A DNA stretch of 37,378 nucleotides, taken from NCBI GenBank assembly GCA_019058015.1, contig JAHLWH010000130.1:1-37378 (forward strand). The letters run 5' to 3'. The DNA comes from Promethearchaeota archaeon. GTDB lineage: Archaea > Asgardarchaeota > Lokiarchaeia > Sigyniarchaeales > SOKP01. Both the position numbers and the translations under genes were made by a program. Under the pieces are notes generated by a model, which worked only from the letters and a program-made list of their open reading frames with translations, was not told the DNA's origin and did not search any database. Below, piece by piece: positions 26,474-36,814 of this stretch. How positions within the stretch are numbered: the stretch's first letter is position 1; every line of letters begins with the position of its first letter.

Positions 26474-29257
26474 TTACTGAAGTAATATTTCCTTATCATG
26501 ATATATCATTCCAAGGAAAGAGACTAAATCCATTACTTTTAGTTTTAAATCTCTATTTTCTTGTAGATAGCAATTAAAATGAGTTAAACATTTTGGGCAC
26601 GTTACTATCAAATATTCGGCACCTGTATCAATAGCTTCATTAATCCTTTGACCTTGCAGTAGTTTTGAATAATTACTACAAGAGATATAAGCAGAAACTC
26701 CACAACAATTTGCATCTTGCCTGTTATTTATCATTTCTATCAATTCAACATTTGGGAAATTATTTAATATATCACGGGGAGCATCATAAACATTACTCAA
26801 TCTACCAAGTCTGCAGGGATCGTGATAAGTTATTTTAATTTTATCCTGATCAGAAAGTTTCAAATTATCTAATAATTTTTCTTTTTGTATATATTCGCTA
26901 ATGTGATATACTTCAAAATCATATTCATTATCATCTTTAAAAAACTCTTTATATACATACTTCCACATATAGTAGCCTTCAGCACAGCTGCATATTATGG
27001 TTTTTACTCCTACATCTTTATATAATTTTGCGTTATATTTTGCCAACTTTTCGAAAGTATCTAAATCTCCAGTCCAATAACAATCATGTCCACAACATTT
27101 CTCATCAGCTAAAACTACTGGAGTGATATTATTTAGGTTTAGAATACCAATAGTCGTTTTTGGGATTTTTAAATAATCAATATTGTTATGGTAGAGTGGA
27201 AATTGACATGTTCCATAGTAATGTTTTGATTTTTGGGAATTATTAAATGAATCATCATCTTTTTCATAAGGGATATCACAGTTAGAACAACTATTACAAT
27301 TTAAGCATCGATTTGCTTCCTGAATTGCAATTTCTTCGGTAAATTCGAGTTCAACTTCATTAAAAGAGCTACATCTTTCTTCTATTGGGATAATAGGCAG
27401 ATCATTTCTCTCTTCGAAATTAACTTCCTTTTTAGGGATTGGTGATGTTTTAAATTCTTCTCTTTTAAATCTGTTTTCACCTATATCAATCCCTCTTAGA
27501 TATCGATCAATAGAAATTGCTGCTTCATATCCATTAGCTATTGCTCTAATTGCTATTCCTTGACCCTCTGTAACATCTCCCCCAGCAAAAACACCAGGGA
27601 TATTTGTTTCTAAAGTAGAGTCATCAATTTGAATTTTATCTCTTTTACTTATTATCAACTCATTTTGAGCTGCCTTTAGGAGAGAATAATCAGCTTCTTG
27701 ACCTATTGCTAATATTAACACATCAATTTTCATTTTAAATTCAGAGCCTTCGATTTGAATAGGTCTTCTCCTTCCTGAAGAATCTGGTTCGCCAAGTTTC
27801 ATTCGTATACATTCTACTTTGGAAACATTTCCTTTTTTATCTCCAATTATTCTTACCGGATTAGTTAAGAATTGAAAATCTATATTTTCTTCGTTTGCCA
27901 TTTCAATTTCCTCTTCTGTTGCAGGCATTTCCTTTTCCGAACGTCGATAAATAACAATCACTTTTTTTGCACCTAATCTTACGGCAGTTCTTGCTGAGTC
28001 CATAGCAACATTTCCACCACCCGTTACTCCAATAATTTTATCTTTTATTATCACAGGAGATTTTTTAGATACTTGATCTGTAGGTCTGAGATCTTTGAGA
28101 AATTCTATTCCTCCTATAACATTATTCAATTCTTCACCTTCGAGTCTCATACTTCGGCTACTCTGGAGTCCTATTGATATAAAAATCGCTTTATAACCCA
28201 TATTTGTTAACTTCTTGAATGTCAAATCTGGGCCTATTGGAGTATCTGTTTTTATCTCAACTCCACTTTTTTCTATGAATTCAATTTCATAATCCAAAAT
28301 ATCATCAGGTAATCTATATTCTGGGATTCCAACTCTCAGCATACCTCCTTTAAAAGGGCTGGCTTCAAATATTGTTGGTTTATATCCTTTTTTTGCAAGA
28401 AAATATGCTGCTGTTAGACCAGCAGGTCCCGAACCAATAATAGCAACTTGTTCTTTTGTTTGTTTAAATGGTTTTAATTGACTTAAGGGTTGATTTTTTA
28501 TTTCCCAATCAGCAACAAATCTTTTTAATGCCCGGATGGCAATTGGTTTATCTATAGTATTACGATTACAATTTAATTCACATGGATGTGTGCAAATTCG
28601 CCCACATACACCTGGAAGGGGATTCTTCTCCCGTATTAAATTGAGAGATTCTTGAAATCTTCCTTCTTTAATTAATGTAATATAACTTTGAACATCAATA
28701 TTTGCAGGGCAAGCTTGTGTACACGGTGATATTCCATTCATAAATGGCAAGCAACCTATAAAATATGCTATTTCTCCTTTTTTAGCAATCTTTAAATCTG
28801 TATTGTCTAAAAAGCCAATTTTATTTACTAATTCTATTTGATCATTAGCCATTAAATGCGGTAAATTTGAATATAATCGACCATGAGTTGTACATTGAAG
28901 CTTTTCCTCTTGAAATGGGTCATTTTCTGTAGCAATAGTTCGAAGTTTTAAAATAATATCGAGAAAATTAACACCAATGTTATCTTTAGACATTGGACAA
29001 TATTCTGAACAAAGACCACAAGTTAAACAACTCCAAATATTTGAGTTATTAATTGCCTCTTCAACTGAGTAAGTAGAAAAATCTCTAACTAATTGCCTTG
29101 GATAAAACAATCCAAATGGAGAGAGAGGACATATATTAATACAACGATTGCAATCATAACAATAGTAAGAGGATTTTAACAACTCAGACATTTTTTCAAT
29201 GCCCTTATGCTCAATATTTAAACTCGTCCCTATAGAAGTTTTACTTTTAGTTTTCAT
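26474..29257 (-). CDS. HdrD-like Fe-S protein (2x[4Fe-4S] + CCG domains) with an inserted GltD/NfnB-like FAD/NAD(P) oxidoreductase module
   Basis: CYDCNRCINICP, CLTCGLCSEYCP; YFIGC; then PCTQACP, GVCGRICTHPCE..C, GSGPAG, GGGNVAMD, YRRS, FAGGD, RCLNC; then EKCCG, CAEG, YHDPCRLGR, CCG and CPKC. Confidence 0.88.
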   Translation of the reverse strand: MKTKSKTSIGTSLNIEHKGIEKMSELLKSSYYCYDCNRCINICPLSPFGLFYPRQLVRDFSTYSVEEAINNSNIWSCLTCGLCSEYCPMSKDNIGVNFLDIILKLRTIATENDPFQEEKLQCTTHGRLYSNLPHLMANDQIELVNKIGFLDNTDLKIAKKGEIAYFIGCLPFMNGISPCTQACPANIDVQSYITLIKEGRFQESLNLIREKNPLPGVCGRICTHPCELNCNRNTIDKPIAIRALKRFVADWEIKNQPLSQLKPFKQTKEQVAIIGSGPAGLTAAYFLAKKGYKPTIFEASPFKGGMLRVGIPEYRLPDDILDYEIEFIEKSGVEIKTDTPIGPDLTFKKLTNMGYKAIFISIGLQSSRSMRLEGEELNNVIGGIEFLKDLRPTDQVSKKSPVIIKDKIIGVTGGGNVAMDSARTAVRLGAKKVIVIYRRSEKEMPATEEEIEMANEENIDFQFLTNPVRIIGDKKGNVSKVECIRMKLGEPDSSGRRRPIQIEGSEFKMKIDVLILAIGQEADYSLLKAAQNELIISKRDKIQIDDSTLETNIPGVFAGGDVTEGQGIAIRAIANGYEAAISIDRYLRGIDIGENRFKREEFKTSPIPKKEVNFEERNDLPIIPIEERCSSFNEVELEFTEEIAIQEANRCLNCNSCSNCDIPYEKDDDSFNNSQKSKHYYGTCQFPLYHNNIDYLKIPKTTIGILNLNNITPVVLADEKCCGHDCYWTGDLDTFEKLAKYNAKLYKDVGVKTIICSCAEGYYMWKYVYKEFFKDDNEYDFEVYHISEYIQKEKLLDNLKLSDQDKIKITYHDPCRLGRLSNVYDAPRDILNNFPNVELIEMINNRQDANCCGVSAYISCSNYSKLLQGQRINEAIDTGAEYLIVTCPKCLTHFNCYLQENRDLKLKVMDLVSFLGMIYHDKEILLQ

Positions 29258-29528
29258 TTTAAAAATCGTCTTTTATTTAAAATTTATTCAATTTTTCAAC
29301 GAAAGTTATCATTCCTAAATAATTTAATAAAAAATTGGTTAATAGATGGCTGAATCATTAATACTTTAAAGTTTATTTACCTTGTATAGGAATATGCAAT
29401 TTTTTATAATTATTTTTAATTTGTAGAAATTAATGTTTTTTATTCAGAGGTAAAAACGGTAGATTATTTGCGTATTTTTTATTAATCATAAAATTAATAA
29501 TTATCTCCTTATTATATTTAATAATACT

Positions 29529-30020
29529 ATGGCACAAGAAATTATAATAAAGCAGAAAACTTTTAAAGAGATTATTAGAATTCTACGCACTAATGTGGAT
29601 GGTACATTGCCGATCCAACATGGATTAGCGAAAATTAAAGGTGTTGGACAGAGACTTTCTCAAGCAGTCTTAAGAATTGCAAATATTGATCCAACAATAA
29701 GAACAGGATTGGTTTCTGAAAAGGATATAAAAAGAATTGAAGAGATAATTGAAGAACCCATACAAAATGGTATTCCAAAATGGATGGTTAATAGGCAGAA
29801 AGACTTAAGAACGGGTGAATATCTCCATATAACCGGTCCTCGCTTAGAGCTCAGCGTCAAAAGAGATATAGAAAGAATGAGAAGGCTTAGATCTTGGAAA
29901 GGGTATAGGCATGGGTTCGGTTTGAAAGTTAGGGGGCAGAGAACACGCTCTACAGGTCGTAAGGGTCTTGTAGTTGGGGTAATCAGGAAAAAAATTCGAA
30001 GACAAATGGAAAAGAAATAA
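29529..30020 (+). CDS. rps13: 30S ribosomal protein uS13
   Basis: IKGVGQR, IPKWMVNRQKD, WKGYRH..GLKVRGQRTRSTGR. Confidence 0.97.
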   Translation: MAQEIIIKQKTFKEIIRILRTNVDGTLPIQHGLAKIKGVGQRLSQAVLRIANIDPTIRTGLVSEKDIKRIEEIIEEPIQNGIPKWMVNRQKDLRTGEYLHITGPRLELSVKRDIERMRRLRSWKGYRHGFGLKVRGQRTRSTGRKGLVVGVIRKKIRRQMEKK

Positions 30021-30040
30021 TAATACTAAAGTGAAGATGA

Positions 30041-30553
30041 ATGGGAGATCCAAGAAGATTAAAGAAGAAATATAAAAAGCCAAGTCATCCTTTCCAAAAA
30101 CAAAGAATTGAAGAAGAATTAAGATATTTAGGAGAATATGGACTCCGAAATAAAAGAGAATTTTGGAAACATCGAACACAATTAGGGAATTATAGACGAA
30201 CTGCCAGAAAAATAAGAACTTTACCACCAGAAAGACAAAAAAAAGAATTAAGGGTTTTAATGGATAAACTGATCCGTTTAGGGATTATCGAAGCAAGTGC
30301 TGAATTTGAAGATCTTTTGCTTATAACTGTTGATGATATTCTAAATAGAAGACTTCAAACTTTAGTATTTAAAAAAGGTCTTGCTAATTCAATTTATCAA
30401 GCAAGACAATTCATTACACATAGGCATATTGAAGTTAATGGCAAAAGAATTGATTCACCTTCATATCTTGTTAAAAAAGATGAAGAAGATACACTCAAAT
30501 TTGAAAGTTCTAGTCCATTTTATGGAAGAGAAGAACAACCAGTAAGTGATTAA
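30041..30553 (+). CDS. rps4: 30S ribosomal protein uS4
   Basis: MGDP, YGLRNKRE, RRLQT..FKKGLA.S..QARQFITH.HI, PSYLV. Confidence 0.97.
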   Translation: MGDPRRLKKKYKKPSHPFQKQRIEEELRYLGEYGLRNKREFWKHRTQLGNYRRTARKIRTLPPERQKKELRVLMDKLIRLGIIEASAEFEDLLLITVDDILNRRLQTLVFKKGLANSIYQARQFITHRHIEVNGKRIDSPSYLVKKDEEDTLKFESSSPFYGREEQPVSD

Positions 30554-30742
30554 TAAAAATTTTATGATACTTCTAATTTTAAATAATCTACTCATTTTTA
30601 AAATTTCTTTTAAAAAAAAAAAATAGATAATGCATTAATCTAATTTATTAAAATAACAAAGAATTTAATATTACTAAGTTCTTCGAATAATTAATTGTTT
30701 CAATTTGAACAATATTAGTAGATTTAATATTTGGTTTTAAGA

Positions 30743-31009
30743 ATGGTAAATGGAACTGTAAAGTGGTTTAATAGCCGAAAAGGCTTTGGTTTTATTACTT
30801 ATGAAGATGATGGGGAGGAAAAGGATGTATTTGTACATTATACTGCGATTTCAGCCGAAGAAAATAGATTTAAAACACTAAATGAAGGAGATAAAGTAGA
30901 GTTCACTATTGAAGAGGGACAAAAGGGTCCAGAAGCCAAAGATGTAGTAATAACTGAAAAAGCACCTGTGCAACATAGATCGAGAGGGGGATATTCTCGT
31001 TCTTTTTAA
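30743..31009 (+). CDS. cspA: Cold-shock domain protein with short RGG/RS tail
   Basis: [15 protein letters not shown] (RNP1), DVFVHY (RNP2), KGPEAKDV, tail [10 protein letters not shown]. Confidence 0.93.
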   Translation: MVNGTVKWFNSRKGFGFITYEDDGEEKDVFVHYTAISAEENRFKTLNEGDKVEFTIEEGQKGPEAKDVVITEKAPVQHRSRGGYSRSF

Positions 31010-31118
31010 TTAAGAAAGTAATGAAAAAGAAAATAAAAAAAAAATAAGAAATTTTAACAAAAATATATGAAGTAGAAAGTGAGAATATAATTAATTCTCC
31101 AATCTTCTTCTCATTTTT

Positions 31119-32381
31119 TTATTTTTTCTTAGTAAATAATTCTGCCAAATAAATTACAACTTCAGCAGCTTTTTGTAAGGCTAAAGTTGGAATATATTCT
31201 TTTTTAGAATGGAATAATAAGCCCCCAGTAAAGATATTGGGAGTTGGAATACCCATAGCACTTAAATGAGAGCCATCAGTCCCACCTCTAATTAGATGAA
31301 TATTTGCTTCTATTCCTGCTAATTCTATTGCCTTCTTAGCCAAATCTATAATTTTTTGTTCTTTCTTCAAATAATTATACATATTCTCATATTGATGTTG
31401 AAAGTTTAATTCAATCCTCAAACCTGGATACCGAATTTCATAGGCATTTTTCAGACTTGTGATATAATCCATCCGCCATTTGTTGTTCTTCAATTCAAAA
31501 TCTCTTACAATTAAAGTTGCGGTTGCTTCTTCTTCTTTTCCTTGTAGATTTGATAAATGGTAAAACCCTTCCCTCTCCTCGGTATGTTCTGGGGATTCTG
31601 ACTCAGGTATTTCGCTTAAGAATCGGCAAGCTATATGAATTGCGTTAAACATTAAATTTTTAGCATATCCTGGGTGAACACTTAATCCTTTAAAATTAAT
31701 TATAGATTTCCATGCATCAAAACATTCAATTTCTAATTCTCCCATCTCAGAACCATCTAATGTATAACAGATTTTCGGTAATTTTTCAATATTTACTTTT
31801 TTTGTTCCTCTTCCAAGTTCCTCATCTGGAAAAAAGCAAACTGCAATAGGTCCATGTTTTAATTCAGGAAATTTTTTCCAAGTAGCACATGCTGCCATGA
31901 TTTCAGCAATACCAGCTTTATCATCAGCACCTAATAACGTATCTCCTTGGGATGTAATTATATCAAGTCCGATATATTTTTCTAATTGTGGAGAATCATT
32001 GATGTTTAATTCTAAGTCTTTGTCTTGAGAAAATTTTATTGCTGTTCCATCGTAATTTTTATGGATAACAGGTTTTACATCTTTACCGCTTACAGCAGGT
32101 GAGGTATCCAAATGTGCAATAAAACCAATTTTTTTTACATTTTCAAATCCTTGGCTTGGAGGTAAGTTTGTATAAATATATCCAAACTCATCCTGAATGA
32201 TATTCTCCAAATTTAGATTTTTTAATTCTTCATTTAATAATTTACCAAATTCTATTTGCCCTTGAGTAGATGGTATAGTTTCTGTACTCTCATCTGAAGT
32301 AGTCCAAATTTTTACGTATCTTAGAAATCGCTCCACCGCATTATCTAATAAAAAATTTTGGATTTCTTTCGAAAGAATCAT
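31119..32381 (-). CDS. pepT: Peptidase T (M20B tripeptidase)
   Basis: ERFLRYVK, AHLDT, LLGADDKAG, PDEE.G.G, HPGYAK, RGGTDG, PNIFTG and HS..E. Confidence 0.95.
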   Translation of the reverse strand: MILSKEIQNFLLDNAVERFLRYVKIWTTSDESTETIPSTQGQIEFGKLLNEELKNLNLENIIQDEFGYIYTNLPPSQGFENVKKIGFIAHLDTSPAVSGKDVKPVIHKNYDGTAIKFSQDKDLELNINDSPQLEKYIGLDIITSQGDTLLGADDKAGIAEIMAACATWKKFPELKHGPIAVCFFPDEELGRGTKKVNIEKLPKICYTLDGSEMGELEIECFDAWKSIINFKGLSVHPGYAKNLMFNAIHIACRFLSEIPESESPEHTEEREGFYHLSNLQGKEEEATATLIVRDFELKNNKWRMDYITSLKNAYEIRYPGLRIELNFQHQYENMYNYLKKEQKIIDLAKKAIELAGIEANIHLIRGGTDGSHLSAMGIPTPNIFTGGLLFHSKKEYIPTLALQKAAEVVIYLAELFTKKK

Positions 32382-32506
32382 AATAACAATTAAACACTTT
32401 AATTTTTAAATTGGTATTTAATATAATAAATATAAAAAATAAGATATTTCTTCATTTAAGGAATAAAATTAGATCTTGGTGTTTAATTAAAACGTAGAGT
32501 AAATGG

Positions 32507-32908
32507 CTATACACGCCTTCCTCTATGCCCTCCTTTTCTTCTACTTCCATCATGGGACTTTGGTGTAACTTCTTCTATTCTGCCAATTCTTAAACCAGAC
32601 CGTGCCAATGCACGAATAGCAGCTTGAGCTCCGGGTCCTGGTGTTTGGGCTTTATGTCCTCCAGGACCACGAACTTTAATATGAACTCCTGTAATTCCCT
32701 TATCCCTTAACTCCTTGGAAACTCTAAAACCCGATTGCATAGCACTATACGGAGAACTCTCCTCCCTTGAAGTTTTAACTACCACCCCTCCGGAACATTT
32801 TGCAAAAGTTTCAGCACCTGATAAATCAGTAACTGTAATAATAGTATTATTATAGGAACTGAAAATGTGAGCGATGGCCCATTTTTCTTCCTTCGACTTT
32901 TTACTCAT
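32507..32908 (-). CDS. rps11: 30S ribosomal protein uS11
   Basis: [39 protein letters not shown]-terminus. Confidence 0.97.
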   Translation of the reverse strand: MSKKSKEEKWAIAHIFSSYNNTIITVTDLSGAETFAKCSGGVVVKTSREESSPYSAMQSGFRVSKELRDKGITGVHIKVRGPGGHKAQTPGPGAQAAIRALARSGLRIGRIEEVTPKSHDGSRRKGGHRGRRV

Positions 32909-32995
32909 TTAAAAAATCCTATTTAACTTGATATTAATAAATAAAAAAGCAATTTTTTTTAATTTTATGATTTTTAAGATAAAGAATAATATAAT

Positions 32996-33703
32996 CTATT
33001 TTTTTTCTTTTAAGGTTTTCTTTTCAAACATTCTTTTTTTTAATTTAACCATACCCTTATCTTCATCATATTCTAATAGATGAACATTTGCTAATTCATG
33101 AATGGCTCTCAAAACCATAGCTCCTGATATACCTGTAGTTGTTTTTATTTCTTCTCTGAGCATCTCTTCCTTATCACCGTGAAGTGTCAACAGAATTCGA
33201 AAATGGGGTTGGCCCTGCCATATTTCTTCTAATAACACCCTATAGATAGACAATAAGGCCTTAATTCTTTCAAAATTAAATTCAGCTTCTTCGTGTTCTT
33301 CAGCTACTTTTGCAAATTTTTTTAATTCTACTTTTAAATTTTCATATTCATCCAATAATTTCATTTGTTCTTCTGTGAGGATACCTATTTTTTGATCTCT
33401 TTCTTGTTTTTCTTCTTCTAATTGTTTTGTCTCTTCTTCTAATTTCTTTTTATCTTGTTCTAATTGGATTTTGTCTTGCTCTAATTTTTTTTTTACAGAT
33501 TCTAATTTGGTTTTTTCTTCTTCTAATTGATCCTTTTCCCTTTCTAATTTTTGTTTATCATTGCTTAATATAGATTTGTCCTTTTCAAGAGATATTAATT
33601 CATTTTTCGCTATTTTTAATGCATCTGTAAATTGGGTAAAAATATTTTTAACGGCTTCAAGAGTTCCATCTATAATATCTAATATATTTTTTTCTTCTGA
33701 CAT
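32996..33703 (-). CDS. Coiled-coil protein with C-terminal winged helix-turn-helix
   Basis: Regular LE-x-E/D-K-x-x heptads; C-terminal PHFRILLTL...REEIKTTTGISGAMVLRAIHELA...LLEYD. Confidence 0.75.
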   Translation of the reverse strand: MSEEKNILDIIDGTLEAVKNIFTQFTDALKIAKNELISLEKDKSILSNDKQKLEREKDQLEEEKTKLESVKKKLEQDKIQLEQDKKKLEEETKQLEEEKQERDQKIGILTEEQMKLLDEYENLKVELKKFAKVAEEHEEAEFNFERIKALLSIYRVLLEEIWQGQPHFRILLTLHGDKEEMLREEIKTTTGISGAMVLRAIHELANVHLLEYDEDKGMVKLKKRMFEKKTLKEKK

Positions 33704-33912
33704 TGAAATCAAAATATAATTTTCTATTAATTTATATAAAGTTATTTAAAGATATATAAACAGAAAAAATTTAGAAAAAATATATAAAAAATTCCACCCT
33801 AAAGGTAAAAAATAAATATTTATAATATAATAAGATTATTTAGAAAAAAAGTAATTTAAATTAGAAATTTTGAAGAATCTATTTATTTAATTAAGTACCC
33901 CAAGTTGATTCC

Positions 33913-35331
33913 GTGGCTCAAGAAAAATATTCTGAAGCGATTAAACAAATAAAAGACATATATATTAAATTATATGAAAAGGAACCAACTCCAGATGATG
34001 AAATTGAAGCTAAGGAAGATCTTTTAAGTCTTTTAAGGCAACTTTTAAATAATATTTCTGGTTTTGAAGATAAAGAAGCATTAATACAAGATACCTTGAA
34101 AATAATTGAAAATTGGGACACACTTGACTTGTGGTTTAAAGAAGTAAATGGACTTTCTGAAAATATTAAAAAGCTCATCGGATATAGGGAAAAATCAGAG
34201 ATTCAAGAGAAAATAGAAGAATTAATTCAAGAATCAGATGAAGAAACTAAACTCGCACCAAAATTTGATACTAAAGAAATAATTTCTCAAGTATCTGATG
34301 ATTTTAAGGGAGAAATTTCAAAGTTAAAAAATTATATATCAGATTTAGAAAAAAAATTAAGAGAAAAAGATACAGAATTAAAAGGTGGTAAAATAAAACC
34401 AAGCATCACATCACAACCTAAATTTCCAGTAACCAAAAAAAGAAAAACAAGACTACAACCTCCAAAAGTTATTATCCCTAAAATTGGAGCTCCACTTATA
34501 AAACGTAAAAAAGAATTAGCTCCTAAGAAGAAAGAAAAGGAAGAAACTATAGAATTACAAAAAATAAAAGCTCCGAAAATGGAAATATCCCCGGTTGCAA
34601 ATGAGAAACCGAAGATAGGAATTGTATCGGCAAAAAAATCACATTTTACTCCTCTCCCAAAAAAAAAAATTAAAATTAGTGAAGAATCAGTTATTCAACC
34701 CACTGAAAAACCAATTTCAACAAAGAAACCTAAAATTAGACATGTTTCTGCCGAGGAGATTGAAGTAGTACCGAAAGAAGAAGAGAAATTAAAAGTCTTA
34801 CCGTTTTCAGATACAATATCTAGAACCGAACTAAGTACAGCCAAAAAAATGAAAGTGTCTAATGTACCAGAGGGAGAAACAACACCTATTCCAAAAAAAC
34901 CAAAAATCACTCCAGTTAAATTAGAAGTGACACCTGAAGATCAAACGGAAAAACAAAAGCAAATAAGTTCTAAAAAATTGTATAATGTATTTTCAAGTGC
35001 AAGTAGTGTAGAAACGAAATCAAAACAAAAAGGACAAAAGAAAGTTATAGAATCTACTCAAGAAACTTTAACTTCTGGTAGTATTATTGGCACACAAAAA
35101 TCACAAGAAGGCTCTTTCACGTATAATAAGGATAAATTATATCAAGATTTAATTGTTCTTGAGGGAAAGAGATATTCAATCGAAAAAACTCAAAAAGAGT
35201 CAGAAACAATGTATAAAAAAGGGGAATTAGATGATCTTGCATATAAACGGGAGATGGATAAAATTAGAGCTCATATGGGAAAAATTACTTCAAAAATTAA
35301 TGAGATTAGAAAAGTAATACAAGGATTATAA
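33913..35331 (+). CDS. Hypothetical protein with helical ends and a long Lys/Pro/Glu-rich disordered centre
   Basis: 472-aa ORF; repeated KPKI-like motifs in the middle; C-terminal helical hairpin. Confidence 0.75.
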   Translation: MAQEKYSEAIKQIKDIYIKLYEKEPTPDDEIEAKEDLLSLLRQLLNNISGFEDKEALIQDTLKIIENWDTLDLWFKEVNGLSENIKKLIGYREKSEIQEKIEELIQESDEETKLAPKFDTKEIISQVSDDFKGEISKLKNYISDLEKKLREKDTELKGGKIKPSITSQPKFPVTKKRKTRLQPPKVIIPKIGAPLIKRKKELAPKKKEKEETIELQKIKAPKMEISPVANEKPKIGIVSAKKSHFTPLPKKKIKISEESVIQPTEKPISTKKPKIRHVSAEEIEVVPKEEEKLKVLPFSDTISRTELSTAKKMKVSNVPEGETTPIPKKPKITPVKLEVTPEDQTEKQKQISSKKLYNVFSSASSVETKSKQKGQKKVIESTQETLTSGSIIGTQKSQEGSFTYNKDKLYQDLIVLEGKRYSIEKTQKESETMYKKGELDDLAYKREMDKIRAHMGKITSKINEIRKVIQGL

Positions 35332-36093
35332 TTATTCTTTAATTCTAAATTTTGGAATTTCTTTTATTTTATGTTCTGAAGCCTTCATCATTTTCTGAAC
35401 TTTTAATAATTTATCTTGGTTTATATCGGTTAAATCTTTATTGTGATCTATTCTATAGATTATTTCATCCAATTCATCATATGTAAGACCTATTTCTCCT
35501 TCATCGGTCTGCCCCTCCCATAAACCAGCTGATGGAATTTTATTAATGATTGTTTCAGGGATTTTTAATTTTTTTGCTAATTTTCTTACTTCACATTTAT
35601 ATAACCCTCCTATGGGAAGGAAATCAACACCCCCATCTCCGTATTTTGTAAAATATCCAATAGCATCTTCGGTTCTGTTCCCTGCTCCAACAACTAAATG
35701 ATTTTCTAATGATTGTCCAATAAAATAGGCAGTAATCATTCTTAATCTTGGTTTGATATTGGCTTTAGAAAGGATATTTCCCTTAATTTTCTTTCCTGTA
35801 ACTTTAAGGAATTCTAAATAAATGGGAGTTAAATCAAAACGATAATATTCAACTTCAAACATATCTAATACTAGTTTTGCATCGATTTCATCTTGAGGCT
35901 GACTTTGACATGGTAAAATTAAAGCTATAATTTTTTTTTTACCTAAAGCTTTAACACATAATGCTAAGATAACGGCACTATCAATACCTCCACTGACACA
36001 AACAATAACTCCATCAGCGTTTGTATTTTTTACATAATCTCGTATCCAATTTTGAATTTCTTGTATCGTTTTATCGATATTTATTTTTCTCAT
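35332..36093 (-). CDS. nadE: NH3-dependent NAD+ synthetase
   Basis: SGGIDS, ANIKPRLRM, GYFTKYGDGG, PSAGLWEGQTDE and SEHK. Confidence 0.96.
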   Translation of the reverse strand: MRKINIDKTIQEIQNWIRDYVKNTNADGVIVCVSGGIDSAVILALCVKALGKKKIIALILPCQSQPQDEIDAKLVLDMFEVEYYRFDLTPIYLEFLKVTGKKIKGNILSKANIKPRLRMITAYFIGQSLENHLVVGAGNRTEDAIGYFTKYGDGGVDFLPIGGLYKCEVRKLAKKLKIPETIINKIPSAGLWEGQTDEGEIGLTYDELDEIIYRIDHNKDLTDINQDKLLKVQKMMKASEHKIKEIPKFRIKE

Positions 36094-36397
36094 AAACTAT
36101 TCACTATTTAATTGAAATATTATTAATCCAATGAATGAATTTCTATTTAATGATTTTTCTAATAAATCTTTCAATATATTTACAGTTTTTATTCCATATC
36201 AATTAGAATTTAATTTTAATTAAAAAATATTTTTTTGATTATATTGATTTTATTTAGTAAATATTATATTAGTGATTTTTAACAAATATCATAAGAGATT
36301 ATAAATCAAAAAAAATTTAAAATAAAATTTAGATTAAATATTTAAATTAATAATAATTGAAACATAATTTAATAGCATTAAATTATTGGTGTTAAAA

Positions 36398-36814
36398 ATG
36401 GGTAACGAGATATTGAAAATTATAGATACTGCATTTGATATCAGAACTCCCTTTATTGTTTATACAAGTGATTATATTTATGGACTCGTTCCTTTAGATG
36501 CTGAGGGAAAAAGATGGAAAGAAATTTCTTATATGTTCGAGGGGGAGAAAAATAATTTGGAAACACGAGAAATGGCAGCGGAACTTTCATTTCAATTCCT
36601 TTGCGAGGAAATTGAGAAAGGTTTAAGCCACTATGTTGAAGATTTAAATGTTAATAAAATAAAAGAATATATTGAATCCATAAAGGATAAATCCGGAGAG
36701 GAAAAAATAAAAATAATTATTGAAGAATTAATTGCTAAATCAACAGACTATTCAGCTTCAATGCCAATAATTAAATCAAAAGAAGAACTTCAAGTTTTAA
36801 AAGATAAAATCTAA
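36398..36814 (+). CDS. Hypothetical protein
   Basis: Acidic ORF; ATG 36398 (TTG 36386 alternative); no family recognised. Confidence 0.7.
   Translation: MGNEILKIIDTAFDIRTPFIVYTSDYIYGLVPLDAEGKRWKEISYMFEGEKNNLETREMAAELSFQFLCEEIEKGLSHYVEDLNVNKIKEYIESIKDKSGEEKIKIIIEELIAKSTDYSASMPIIKSKEELQVLKDKI

Noticed and set aside
31057-31104. Imperfect hairpin starting with ATGA between csp and pepT, as a SECIS
   Set aside because: ATGA pairs Watson-Crick with TCAT rather than forming a G.A quartet, and neither flanking gene has an in-frame UGA; at most a terminator-like structure.
2278-34910. Other short overlapping ORFs (2278, 4056, 4299, 6132, 6542, 11009, 11564, 11701, 13919, 19772, 20429, 23278, 23885, 29660, 29844, 33918, 34695)
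   Set aside because: Antisense or alternate-frame shadows of well-supported genes, with F/S/L/I-rich composition typical of such shadows.
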